Numbered from the stretch's first letter, positions 30,004 to 38,267 are shown. The stretch: 58,510 bases of DNA from a virus (IMGVR_UViG_3300032087_002691:1-58510); one strand, 5' to 3'. Made by a program: numbers and translations. Notes: generated from the letters alone by a model not told the origin.

Positions 30004-30386
30004 ACAAGACTATTGCAATAATCGCAATCGGGGCAAGCCTGGCGGGCGCTGGAGCCGTATCCAAGGTCAGCAACAAACCAACATCTGAACCTATAGAGAC
30101 TTCGGTTGAAGAAAACGTTGAATCAGACATCGTTGTTATCCAGATAAACGCGGACTGGAATAGGAGTAATACTAGGAGTGATTTGAGAGCACTTAGAGGC
30201 TGCGACTACAGATTTGCTTGGCTTGAGGACCAGCCATACGAGCTTAGAAAAACCATAACTTCCGTTCCTGTTGTCGTCATTTACGCTGATGACAGACCAG
30301 CGTATCAATATGCTGCTGGTATTAGCCTATCGCTTGACACTCCGTTTGAGGAGATACAGAATAAGGTTTACGAATTATCTGAGTAA
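30000..30386 (+). CDS. Exported thioredoxin-fold protein lacking CxxC
   Basis: Signal/anchor sequence. VIQINADWN at the WCxxC position and ITSVPVVVIY cis-Pro motif. Confidence 0.6.
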   Translation: MNKTIAIIAIGASLAGAGAVSKVSNKPTSEPIETSVEENVESDIVVIQINADWNRSNTRSDLRALRGCDYRFAWLEDQPYELRKTITSVPVVVIYADDRPAYQYAAGISLSLDTPFEEIQNKVYELSE

Positions 30387-31046
30387 CAGCACACTTCCTG
30401 AGGATACTATATTCTCTTCTGACTCCCCGTGTAATGTCCACACGTAGACACCCTGAGAGGCCCCGACTCCGTTCCAGCATACAGACCTGAGTAGGTCTCC
30501 GATAAAGACTAGGTTGCCCCACCTGTCATATATCCTATACTCTAGCTTATCCCAGCAGTAGCTATCTGCTATTGGACAAAAGAGGTCATTAACACCATCA
30601 TCGTTAGGTGTGAAATAGCTAGGCATATACACGTTGTAATCGCATCCCTCACAAGACATTCCAGTCACGCAATCAACAGTTGATATTGACAGCACGGTAT
30701 CTGGAGACAGCTGGATATATTCAAATACCTCAACCGTGTCTGCAGGCAACTGCACATACACCGTATCACATGATGCTATCGGCGGCTCAAGAACACCGCA
30801 TTTCCACGCCACCCACGCGGCCCATATACCATCTACTCCATGGTAGTAGTCGCAAAGCAGTTCCCCAACTTCGTATGGCGTCGTGCAATCAAGACAAGAC
30901 CCGTCGTCAACCGTAGCCTCGTCGTTGTAGTTGCAAGAGTTAGGCCACATGCACCCATATATAACGGGTACTTCAACATAAACTGTATCTGCCTGAGCAA
31001 CAGCTATAAGTGGCATCATAAATAGCGCTATCAAAGTCTTTCTCAT
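30375..31046 (-). CDS. Cys-rich secreted protein with a T9SS type-B (gliding-motility/CHU_C) C-terminal domain
   Basis: Signal peptide ending AVA-Q, GCM...CNYN.EATVDDGSC repeat unit, C-terminal MPSYFTPNDDGVNDLF...IYDRWG.LVF...WNG...GVYVW...G.V.LLR. Confidence 0.88.
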   Translation of the reverse strand: MRKTLIALFMMPLIAVAQADTVYVEVPVIYGCMWPNSCNYNDEATVDDGSCLDCTTPYEVGELLCDYYHGVDGIWAAWVAWKCGVLEPPIASCDTVYVQLPADTVEVFEYIQLSPDTVLSISTVDCVTGMSCEGCDYNVYMPSYFTPNDDGVNDLFCPIADSYCWDKLEYRIYDRWGNLVFIGDLLRSVCWNGVGASQGVYVWTLHGESEENIVSSGSVLLLR

Positions 31047-31050
31047 AGCG

Positions 31051-31058
31051 CAAAGATA
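31051..31058 (-). promoter_or_regulatory. TATCTTTG -7 element, leaderless geometry, for the T9SS-cargo gene
   Basis: Minus strand reads TATCTTTG-CGCT-ATG(31046). Confidence 0.75.
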
Positions 31059-31064
31059 CCCTTA

Positions 31065-31271
31065 TTAGTCGTTCTGTTTTTTTATGTGCTCGTAGAACTC
31101 TGAGTCAATCTGCTTGATGGGGTGGATGAACTCCCTGTTGCAGTGCCTATTTATTTCCTTGTGCCTAGCCTTGCTATTCGTGATGCAGTTGTTGGCTGCC
31201 TGATAGGATGCGTTGGCCTTGAGAAGCGCGTCTATCTGCTTTCTCTTTTCTGGGTCTGTATAGTATGTCAT
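31065..31271 (-). CDS. Hypothetical protein
   Basis: Likely start MTYYTDP, coupled to the upstream stop. Confidence 0.6.
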   Translation of the reverse strand: MTYYTDPEKRKQIDALLKANASYQAANNCITNSKARHKEINRHCNREFIHPIKQIDSEFYEHIKKQND

Positions 31272-31771
31272 GATTCGTAATCTTTGAGGTAAGCCCAAAC
31301 CCTGTACGAGCTTATTGACCTGAGGTCTTTTAGGGTTATTCTTGTTACAACATCCGCCCTACCCTTTCTAGAATATCTCTTCCGATAGGCTTGACTCTTC
31401 TCGTCTACAGCGGTGTCGTCTATGTTTTTTTCACACCATTTAACAAGCTCGTCTCTGTTTACCACAGAGAAACCACCCTCTTCGGGCATGTCAAATGCGA
31501 TGATACTTGCCATCCCATACATCCATCCTCTCTCTCCTTTAACGTTCTTGAACTCGCACCATATCTCGTCGGGCAGGTTGTTACCCTTGACGTCTACTGA
31601 ATACTTCTTGCCGCTGTGGTGTAGCCAGAAGTCAATGTGGTGATGAATATCTTCTTTACTTCTGGACTTGTCGACCCTGAAGCCAAGGCTTTCTGCTGCT
31701 CTTTTAAATCTCACCTCAGCAACACGGCCTGTTGAGTTAGAATATTCTCGACGCTTGTTGCTTATAGTCAT
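31268..31771 (-). CDS. PD-(D/E)xK family nuclease
   Basis: G..AE..F...HIDF...VDVKG catalytic pattern. Confidence 0.7.
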   Translation of the reverse strand: MTISNKRREYSNSTGRVAEVRFKRAAESLGFRVDKSRSKEDIHHHIDFWLHHSGKKYSVDVKGNNLPDEIWCEFKNVKGERGWMYGMASIIAFDMPEEGGFSVVNRDELVKWCEKNIDDTAVDEKSQAYRKRYSRKGRADVVTRITLKDLRSISSYRVWAYLKDYES

Positions 31772-32298
31772 GACCTTAGTTCAATCTTACTAATGTATCC
31801 GTTGTGAATTTTATTGTCCTCCACAACGTTTTCTGGTGCCAACCACCCCTCTGCGTTATCGTCCCCGCTCGTGCTGCAAGGGACCTTTCTAAAGGACTTG
31901 TCTTCACACCAAGAGATAAGGGGCTCAAGATAAAACACATGAGCGTAATCGCCTAGATGCCTGCCGTCTATGTCGGTATGCTTCATGATATACACAAAGA
32001 CATCGGCCTGACCGAGGCTTGAGTACAGACCACACCTCTCGTTCCTAGTCGTGCTCCAGCATTCAAGAAAGAGGTTGGGTGATTGCTGCCACGCTCTGTT
32101 GTGGCAATACATCCACGCCTTCTGGTCGTACTTGACTTCGAAGCGCATGCCGTTCTCTATCTCAAGGTCCCAGTACATGAGGTCGTCACCACGAATGGCG
32201 TCAGACCTAACTACAGTATGGTCCCTGCCTACGAGGTAGTCCTCCCACATCCTCTCCCCCTCCTTGCCATGAGCTAATGAACCTTTAAACTTGCTCAT
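31768..32298 (-). CDS. PD-(D/E)xK family nuclease
   Basis: GKEGE...WDL...FEVKYD...NLFLE pattern. Confidence 0.7.
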   Translation of the reverse strand: MSKFKGSLAHGKEGERMWEDYLVGRDHTVVRSDAIRGDDLMYWDLEIENGMRFEVKYDQKAWMYCHNRAWQQSPNLFLECWSTTRNERCGLYSSLGQADVFVYIMKHTDIDGRHLGDYAHVFYLEPLISWCEDKSFRKVPCSTSGDDNAEGWLAPENVVEDNKIHNGYISKIELRS

Positions 32299-32500
32299 TA
32301 TGCTCTTCGCATGCCGTCGTCACGGTATCTAGCTCGACGTTTATCTTGTTCTTAAACGACCTTACGAGGTCTAGGATTTCAATCCAGTTGGTTTTGGGCT
32401 CCCCGCTATGCGTATGCAATGCTTCGTACAGCTCAGTAGCCTCGCGCTGGATGTTGCTTGTGGATGAGAAGTAAATCTCACTTAGAATTTTTGAGTTCAC
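32285..32500 (-). CDS. Hypothetical protein
   Basis: 71-aa ORF packed between neighbours in the operon. Confidence 0.6.
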   Translation of the reverse strand: MNSKILSEIYFSSTSNIQREATELYEALHTHSGEPKTNWIEILDLVRSFKNKINVELDTVTTACEEHNEQV

Positions 32501-32957
32501 GACAGATTGTTTGGATGGTTTCGTCTACTTGTTTCTTGTTCTTAGGTATGAAAAGCATGTAGTCCTCCATACCATTGTCAACCAGATACTTAAGGAACAT
32601 CTTCCAGCGCAGTGGGAAGGTGTGCTGCGATGGCACGTAGCCCTTTGTCTCTATGATGAACTTATTCTTGTGCGACACAAAGTCTGGGGTGTATTTCACC
32701 TGCAGAACTGCGTTGCCTGTGGCGTTCATCAAATAGTCTTTCGACTTGGTTGACTTATAGTAGACGCCTGGATACCTGAATCCGTCCTGTATAACGAATG
32801 TCTCCCCCTCGTATACGAAATCGATATCGAACTCTTTGAGTTGGTCGTAGCAGTATGTCTCAAGGTTAGACTTCAACTGCTTACCATCCCTCCTGAGATT
32901 CCTGGTCTTGGCGGTCTTTTTTCTTGGGCGCGTGAGGTTTTTTCTAGCCTTCCTCAT
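32478..32957 (-). CDS. T7 endonuclease I-like Holliday junction resolvase
   Basis: KS.LE...YE...YTPDF...IIETKG. Start placed at MRKARK. Confidence 0.85.
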   Translation of the reverse strand: MRKARKNLTRPRKKTAKTRNLRRDGKQLKSNLETYCYDQLKEFDIDFVYEGETFVIQDGFRYPGVYYKSTKSKDYLMNATGNAVLQVKYTPDFVSHKNKFIIETKGYVPSQHTFPLRWKMFLKYLVDNGMEDYMLFIPKNKKQVDETIQTICRELKNSK

Positions 32958-32970
32958 GATGCCCAAAAGT

Positions 32971-34776
32971 TTACAAAATATCCTGATGCATTGCAACCTG
33001 TTTACCAACAAGTTGTTCACCCAGTGGGTTAAAAAAGTCTTGGACAGGACCCTCTAAGTAGAACGCGCTGTGCGTCTGGTTGAACCTGAAGTATAGCGGC
33101 TCAGCAAATGGCGTAGGCTGCCCGCCTGTATCTGTCTCCCTGACCTTTCGTATATGCATCTCTGTCGTGAAACGTATGTTGGGGTCAATGTGCTGGACCT
33201 TTCTGTGCAGGGTGATGAAGCAGTCAGCCCTGTTCACCCACTTGCCACCACCCTCTGTGTCTTCAGCGTATGGCGCCCTAGGGTATCCGTCTTGGTCCTT
33301 CTGTCTCTGAGACTCAGTGACGCTATGAGCGTTCACCCATACAGCCACACCTAGCCTGTTGCTGAACGTCAGGAAGTCTGATGCCGCCTCGTAGTGGTAC
33401 TCGTGTGAGTTGAGGTGCTTGCCCTTCATGCCGTCGATACGAAGGCTGTTGTAGGGGTCGATGAACAGCCCGTCAATAGGTCTATTCCTATGAATCTTCT
33501 CCGCATATAGGAGCACGTCGGTATAGCTAAGCACCTCGTCGTTTTTGATGACAACAAAGTGGTCCTTCACCCACTGGTATGCTCTCTTCTGCTCCTGAAA
33601 GTTCATGCTCTGTATGTGCTTGTTCAAGCAGAACTGCATGAGCTTCATCTTGATAGCCGCTGTAGTGTTCTCCGCGCTGTATATAACCCATCGCCAATCG
33701 TGGTTCATGCTTGCGCTGACCATCAGGAATAGGGTGAACGTAGTCTTACCTATGTTGCTGTGTCCGTTTATCATGACGAACTCCTTCTTAAATCTGAAGT
33801 TGTCATCAACTCTGGTGTTGCCTGTAGACAGACCGACCTCGATGTTGCCCTCTCTGTATCTGTCAATCCAGTTAAAGTCAGCGTCGTCTGAGGAGACGAA
33901 AGACATGTCGCCATCCTGCAGTAGAATCTCTCTGTTAATCTTCTCCTCGTCCTCAATAATCTCCTTGATGGGCATGGTCTTGCCATGAGCAATGCCGTCT
34001 TTGATGGTACGCTTTGCCAGCTCAAGGTCATCTACGTCGTGCTTCTCTATCTCACGATTTAAAACGTACAGAGCTACCTCCTCCTCAATCCTACCCGCCG
34101 CAACGTAACCACCTATGAGGTGAGCCGCTCGGATAAGAACGCTATGCTTCTCCCCATCGCTGGCCCTGTTAATCATACGTGCAGCTATGTTGAGCTTCTC
34201 GTAGTCCGTCTTGGACTGGATGTCGAGGACGTAGTTGTCGTTACGATTCTCCCCAATCATACCAGTAAATACATCTGCGCTCTCTCGCACCACGATGTCT
34301 GGGTCACATGACTCAAAGCATGCGCGTGATTCATTGATGCCAGTAGAGTCTACCTCCAATCCATACTGGCTGTCAAAGTACTTCTGCAGGCTACGGAAGT
34401 GGTCTCGGTGGCGCGATGGTTCAGACACCTCAACCAAAGCCTTGATGCCGTTACCACTGGGGCTAACCCAACAGCTGCGAACATACTTATCTGAACCTAT
34501 GACAGACTTAGCTCTGTCTACATCAACGTGGTCAAAGTCTAATACGATTAACCCGCTGTGTCTCTTTAACTCGTCATCCTTCCTGCCACTAAACTCGCCA
34601 GAGAAAAGAACGATAGGAAGCTTGGTCTTCTCTGACTTGTCACCCCCTCGAATCTTATCAATCCTCGTTGTGTGTTTCCCCTCCCTTATACGTTGAAGTG
34701 CAGTTTCCAAGCGGATATAGGTCGGCTCCTGTACTTGATGTATGGAAGGGAATATGGTTACTACGGGGTTGCTCAT
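32971..34776 (-). CDS. Primase-helicase (BT4734/VirE-N-like primase domain plus DnaB/RecA-like helicase)
   Basis: K..LP...FSG.F, SG.I.LDFDH, SPSG.G.K. Walker A GHSNIGKT, Walker B FIDPYN. Confidence 0.88.
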   Translation of the reverse strand: MSNPVVTIFPSIHQVQEPTYIRLETALQRIREGKHTTRIDKIRGGDKSEKTKLPIVLFSGEFSGRKDDELKRHSGLIVLDFDHVDVDRAKSVIGSDKYVRSCWVSPSGNGIKALVEVSEPSRHRDHFRSLQKYFDSQYGLEVDSTGINESRACFESCDPDIVVRESADVFTGMIGENRNDNYVLDIQSKTDYEKLNIAARMINRASDGEKHSVLIRAAHLIGGYVAAGRIEEEVALYVLNREIEKHDVDDLELAKRTIKDGIAHGKTMPIKEIIEDEEKINREILLQDGDMSFVSSDDADFNWIDRYREGNIEVGLSTGNTRVDDNFRFKKEFVMINGHSNIGKTTFTLFLMVSASMNHDWRWVIYSAENTTAAIKMKLMQFCLNKHIQSMNFQEQKRAYQWVKDHFVVIKNDEVLSYTDVLLYAEKIHRNRPIDGLFIDPYNSLRIDGMKGKHLNSHEYHYEAASDFLTFSNRLGVAVWVNAHSVTESQRQKDQDGYPRAPYAEDTEGGGKWVNRADCFITLHRKVQHIDPNIRFTTEMHIRKVRETDTGGQPTPFAEPLYFRFNQTHSAFYLEGPVQDFFNPLGEQLVGKQVAMHQDIL

Positions 34777-35032
34777 CGAGTTTGATTTCTAGAAGTATTA
34801 AATATCCAATTAGGTCTCTGATAACGTCTTCATCCTCAACGCTATCGTTAAAATTCAACAGGCGGTTAAGCTTGTCATCGATTCGAACCTTCAGTTGCTC
34901 GATGGTATCAGCCTTACTAAAGATTCTTATGGGGCTCAACGCAGAGCTGCCATACTTATTGTTCTTCTCTATCAAGAATTTTGCGATAGCCTCGCACTGC
35001 GTTTTGATTTTTGTCGATGCGTCGTCTGACAT
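34658..35032 (-). CDS. DUF1599/nucleotide-modification-associated domain 1-like protein
   Basis: KN.KYG.S...IF...RIDDKL.R...DL.GYLIL motif. The 3' end overlaps the primase start. Confidence 0.75.
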   Translation of the reverse strand: MSDDASTKIKTQCEAIAKFLIEKNNKYGSSALSPIRIFSKADTIEQLKVRIDDKLNRLLNFNDSVEDEDVIRDLIGYLILLEIKLDEQPRSNHIPFHTSSTGADLYPLGNCTSTYKGGETHNED

Positions 35033-35456
35033 TATGAAGGGTGTTTTGAATGTTGTCGATAGTTCTCTGAAGGGTCTCAAGCTCTGACCTACTTGTTACG
35101 TAGTGCCTGTACTGCCCGATGGGATACACCTCCATCTCCTTAGATACCTCGGCTACAATACGTGTTGCCATCTCATAGCACGAACCATAGTGTGCGCTGT
35201 ATGCCAAGTACATCTCGTGGTTTTTTATGGCGTGGAGAACCGTCGCATGGTCTTTGTTAAATAGTGCGCCTGACTGGACGCGACCACAGAAAGGGGCGAT
35301 GGCGTTAAACAGGGCGTTGCGAGCCTCGACAGCAGGGCGAGACCTGTTGGCCATCCAACGTCTCTTAGTGCTTCTGCTCTTCTCTCCTAGACCTAGCTCG
35401 TCTAAGTACAGGTCACGCACCCGAATGATGAATGGGTTGGTAGTTATCTTCTTCAT
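34956..35456 (-). CDS. DnaA C-terminal (domain IV)-like HTH protein
   Basis: VEAR...FNKDHATVLHAIK signature. Confidence 0.75.
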   Translation of the reverse strand: MKKITTNPFIIRVRDLYLDELGLGEKSRSTKRRWMANRSRPAVEARNALFNAIAPFCGRVQSGALFNKDHATVLHAIKNHEMYLAYSAHYGSCYEMATRIVAEVSKEMEVYPIGQYRHYVTSRSELETLQRTIDNIQNTLHNVRRRIDKNQNAVRGYRKILDREEQ

Positions 35457-35472
35457 GATTTAATTTAAATGT

Positions 35473-35535
35473 TGAGGGCGGAGGGGAATCGAACACCACA
35501 CATACACCTGTTCATGTATGTCACCATGCGCCCTT
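35473..35535 (-). ncRNA. D-armless tRNA-like RNA / pseudo-tRNA
   Basis: AGGGCG/CGCCCT acceptor-like stem, ACATACA/TGTATGT hairpin, TTCGATT T-loop in an imperfect stem. Confidence 0.5.
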
Positions 35536-35540
35536 ATTCG

Positions 35541-35617
35541 TTCGGAAGGGGGGACTTGAACCCCCATGTGACCAGTTACTCTTTCTACAAGGTATAAGCT
35601 TGAGGAGATACTTCCGA
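35541..35617 (-). tRNA. Non-canonical tRNA-like RNA with a UAU (Ile) anticodon loop
   Basis: Perfect 7-bp acceptor TCGGAAG/CTTCCGA, perfect T arm GGGGG-TTCAAGT-CCCCC, CAAG-CTTATAC-CTTG arm, rearranged core. Confidence 0.7.
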
Positions 35618-35635
35618 TAGTTTACTTGCTGTTTG

Positions 35636-35709
35636 TACCCCCGACAGGATTCGAACCTGTGACCGTTTGCTTAGAAGGCAAATGCTCTATCCAGCTGAGC
35701 TACGAGGGC
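35636..35709 (-). tRNA. tRNA-Arg(UCU)
   Basis: GCCCTCG-TA-GCTCAGCTGGATAGAGC-A-TTTGC-CTTCTAA-GCAAA-CGGTC-ACAGG-TTCGAAT-CCTGT-CGGGGGT-A canonical cloverleaf. No encoded CCA. Confidence 0.97.
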
Positions 35710-35715
35710 AGAGGT

Positions 35716-35788
35716 GGGTGGCTTTGTTTCCTAGAGGTGCTATGACTATACCTCGTTGTAGGCTCTCCCTACACACCATACGCCACCC
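35716..35788 (-). ncRNA. tRNA-sized multi-stem structured RNA
   Basis: 7-bp closing stem GGGTGGC/GCCACCC enclosing TGTAGG/CCTACA and GAGGT/ACCTC hairpins. Confidence 0.55.
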
Positions 35789-35793
35789 TAGAA

Positions 35794-36042
35794 TCAGAAC
35801 GGCATCCCGTCCGCTGACGTTTCAGCTGGCTTGCTCCAGGACGCTGGGTCTTCGATGACGGCCCAAGCGTTGCCTTTGTTGTTCTGCTCCTTGTTCTTGG
35901 TGATGTTCACCTTGATGTAAACGTTGCCCTTCTCTGTGGCAAACTGCTTCATCTGCTCCAACTCAGACAAGCTGAACTTGACCTTCATGGAGACGTGTGG
36001 TTCTACGTAACCTACGTAGTTGTTGTTGTTGTCCTTTGACAT
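35794..36042 (-). CDS. Putative single-stranded DNA-binding protein
   Basis: Small beta-rich protein with an SSB-type acidic C-terminal tail (ADGMPF), near the recombination genes. Confidence 0.65.
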   Translation of the reverse strand: MSKDNNNNYVGYVEPHVSMKVKFSLSELEQMKQFATEKGNVYIKVNITKNKEQNNKGNAWAVIEDPASWSKPAETSADGMPF

Positions 36043-36053
36043 GGTAAAAAAAA

Positions 36054-36326
36054 TTAATGGTTTAATGTATTAACGAAGTCGTTGTATGTATTTCTAAACG
36101 CAGGAATCATCATCTTATTGTCTCCGTGTACGCGAAGTAGCCAGAGCTCGTTGCTAGTACACTTGAGGGGCTCGCGTAGTTCTGAATACGTAAGCTTCTT
36201 GTCGACGATGAGGTATCTAACTAAGCTGCACTTAGCGTTCCATAAAGGGGCCTTGTACTTTGTAGCTTGAGTGACGTCAGTGCCGAAGTACTCGCTTGCT
36301 TTATTGATGATTTCTTCTGTGTTCAT
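36054..36326 (-). CDS. Hypothetical helical protein (possible degenerate DnaA-C HTH)
   Basis: EEII...SEYFG...LTYSEL pattern. Confidence 0.55.
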   Translation of the reverse strand: MNTEEIINKASEYFGTDVTQATKYKAPLWNAKCSLVRYLIVDKKLTYSELREPLKCTSNELWLLRVHGDNKMMIPAFRNTYNDFVNTLNH

Positions 36327-37108
36327 ATCTCTTGATAGTTGTAGTATGCGTCTGAGATGATTGACCCATCTAGGTATTGCTTAATCTTCTCAACCGATGT
36401 ATTAAACTTCTTTTCTCCTGATTCTATTGTTTGGGGAGTCGCTTTATATACTCCGACAGCGTAGGGGAATGTCTTTTCTTGGACCACCCAGTAGTAATCC
36501 TCTACGCCGAACACCTTGCAGTAGATGTATGCTTGGATGTCGTACCCAAACTTGAATACATCGTATCTGAATCCGCTCATGCGCTGAGTCGTCTTGCTGT
36601 CAGAGATGTAACCATCCCCCTTGCAGTCTAGGAATCCTCTGACGGGGATATCATCCCCTTGGACACCATCTATGAAGCTGTTGAACTCTACTTGGTATTC
36701 TCCGTTGAGGAACTCGTCGCGAACTGGTGTCTTGTCGAGTCGTTCAATCATCTCCATTGCTTGCCTGTAGTCGTTGTTGTTGACAACAGACTTACCATCG
36801 GTGGTTGCTTTCATCGTGTGCTCCTTCAACCACTCCTTGTACTTCTTGGTAGAGCGGGGAGCTCGTCCACCTATCTCTGCCGTTATCTTGTCGTCGTTAA
36901 ATACAACGAACTCTTTATCAAATAGTTGTGGCTCGAACAGAAGCTTGTCGTATATGGAGCCGAACCGAAGAGCGTCGCTGTCCTTACGGATTCGCCCCTG
37001 CATATACATCTCCCAAAGCTTGATGTCTTTGAGGGCTTCCTTGCAGGAGGAATAGGAAAGGTAACCTTTGCCTACTCGCTCCGCAAGTTTGTTCGCAAAC
37101 TCCATCAT
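36323..37108 (-). CDS. RecE/exonuclease VIII-like PD-(D/E)xK exonuclease
   Basis: LSYS, FGS, RGFLD...DSKTT, YDIQAYIY, VQEK..PY motifs. Confidence 0.85.
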   Translation of the reverse strand: MMEFANKLAERVGKGYLSYSSCKEALKDIKLWEMYMQGRIRKDSDALRFGSIYDKLLFEPQLFDKEFVVFNDDKITAEIGGRAPRSTKKYKEWLKEHTMKATTDGKSVVNNNDYRQAMEMIERLDKTPVRDEFLNGEYQVEFNSFIDGVQGDDIPVRGFLDCKGDGYISDSKTTQRMSGFRYDVFKFGYDIQAYIYCKVFGVEDYYWVVQEKTFPYAVGVYKATPQTIESGEKKFNTSVEKIKQYLDGSIISDAYYNYQEI

Positions 37109-37716
37109 CCGCACACAGACTTCAGGTAGTCGTTCTGCTCTGTTGTCATGCGGCTGCCGTGCTTCTCATCAACAGCTTGGAATGCTGCCAGTGAATTTTT
37201 GCTGTTGCGAATGTAGCTCTCTAGCTGTTCAAGCTCTTGTTCGCTAAGCCCTTTGGACTTAGATGGGGCGGCACTTCTTGGCGCAGGTTTGGATGCGGTA
37301 CGTCCGTGGTCGTTGGTTGCGTCGCTGTCCTTGGTGTCGTCGATGCAGAACAATCCATTCAGAGCATACTTACGTGCGTAGCTTGATGCTGAACCTGTAA
37401 TCTGGGAGGTATCCATACCCTTCTTGTTCTCCTCCTCACGAGCAAAGCCAGATGTCTGTACAGCTTGACCTTCCTTGTTGTGTACGACAGCGGTAGCTTT
37501 CACGTACACCCTACCACCAACATCTACAATCTCATCTGTGATAGTTAAGATAAGTCCGTGACTGCTGAGGTGTGGCTTGACAGCTTCGAGGATGTCCTCA
37601 CACGAGCGGTATTTGTATCCTCCAAACTTATTTGTCTGTCCCTTTGGGGCCTTGAGGGAGGATTGAATTGATGCCATTGATTCTACGATGGCGCTGTAGT
37701 TGTTGTCTTTTGACAT
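37105..37716 (-). CDS. erf: ERF-family single-strand annealing recombinase
   Basis: LKAPK.Q.NKFG.YKYRSCEDILEAVKP...Q.TGSASSYARKYALNGLF.IDD..D.D. Confidence 0.92.
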   Translation of the reverse strand: MSKDNNYSAIVESMASIQSSLKAPKGQTNKFGGYKYRSCEDILEAVKPHLSSHGLILTITDEIVDVGGRVYVKATAVVHNKEGQAVQTSGFAREEENKKGMDTSQITGSASSYARKYALNGLFCIDDTKDSDATNDHGRTASKPAPRSAAPSKSKGLSEQELEQLESYIRNSKNSLAAFQAVDEKHGSRMTTEQNDYLKSVCG

Positions 37717-37750
37717 GGTTCTATGAATTTAATTTTAATCTAGAGGGAGC

Positions 37751-38014
37751 TCAATCTTGCAGTCCAATACCTTCTCGCTGGCTTGGCTTGCTACCTTTAG
37801 GCTGTTTACAAACAGCTTTCTCATTACATACAGAGGTAGCCATAAGATTAGTGTTGTCAGTAGTGCTGTTATCATCACTACCCAGTGCAGTACTTTCATT
37901 TAATTTCTTTTTTAGAGCGGCAATCAACAGCTTCTCCTGCTTCTTTATGGAGCGAAGCAGTATCGCTTGGTTGATTTGTTTTACAAAGTTCGTAAACAAA
38001 ATTGTTAGTTTCAA
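37751..38014 (-). CDS. Hypothetical protein (start uncertain)
   Basis: Only co-oriented ORF filling the gap; non-ATG start. Confidence 0.35.
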   Translation of the reverse strand: MKLTILFTNFVKQINQAILLRSIKKQEKLLIAALKKKLNESTALGSDDNSTTDNTNLMATSVCNEKAVCKQPKGSKPSQREGIGLQD

Positions 38015-38051
38015 GGGTTGGGTTGTTAATTTTATTTAACAGCGTGGTTGA

Positions 38052-38267
38052 TTAGCTGTTAACTGGTTGAGTCTCAATAAATCCGAACTGCTCTGCGTCG
38101 CTCATAATTTTATTAACCTCGACGGTAAACAGGTTGACTGCGCCAGCGGCTTGGGTGTGTGGTTGCGCCATCACAATGCGCTTGTTGTTGTACGCTCTAG
38201 CTAGTCGGTCAAACAGCTTGGCCTTGTCTTGCAACTCAGTCAGGATTTCATCAGGTAGTTTGTTCAT
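38052..38267 (-). CDS. Hypothetical protein
   Basis: ATG ORF in the early operon. Confidence 0.65.
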   Translation of the reverse strand: MNKLPDEILTELQDKAKLFDRLARAYNNKRIVMAQPHTQAAGAVNLFTVEVNKIMSDAEQFGFIETQPVNS

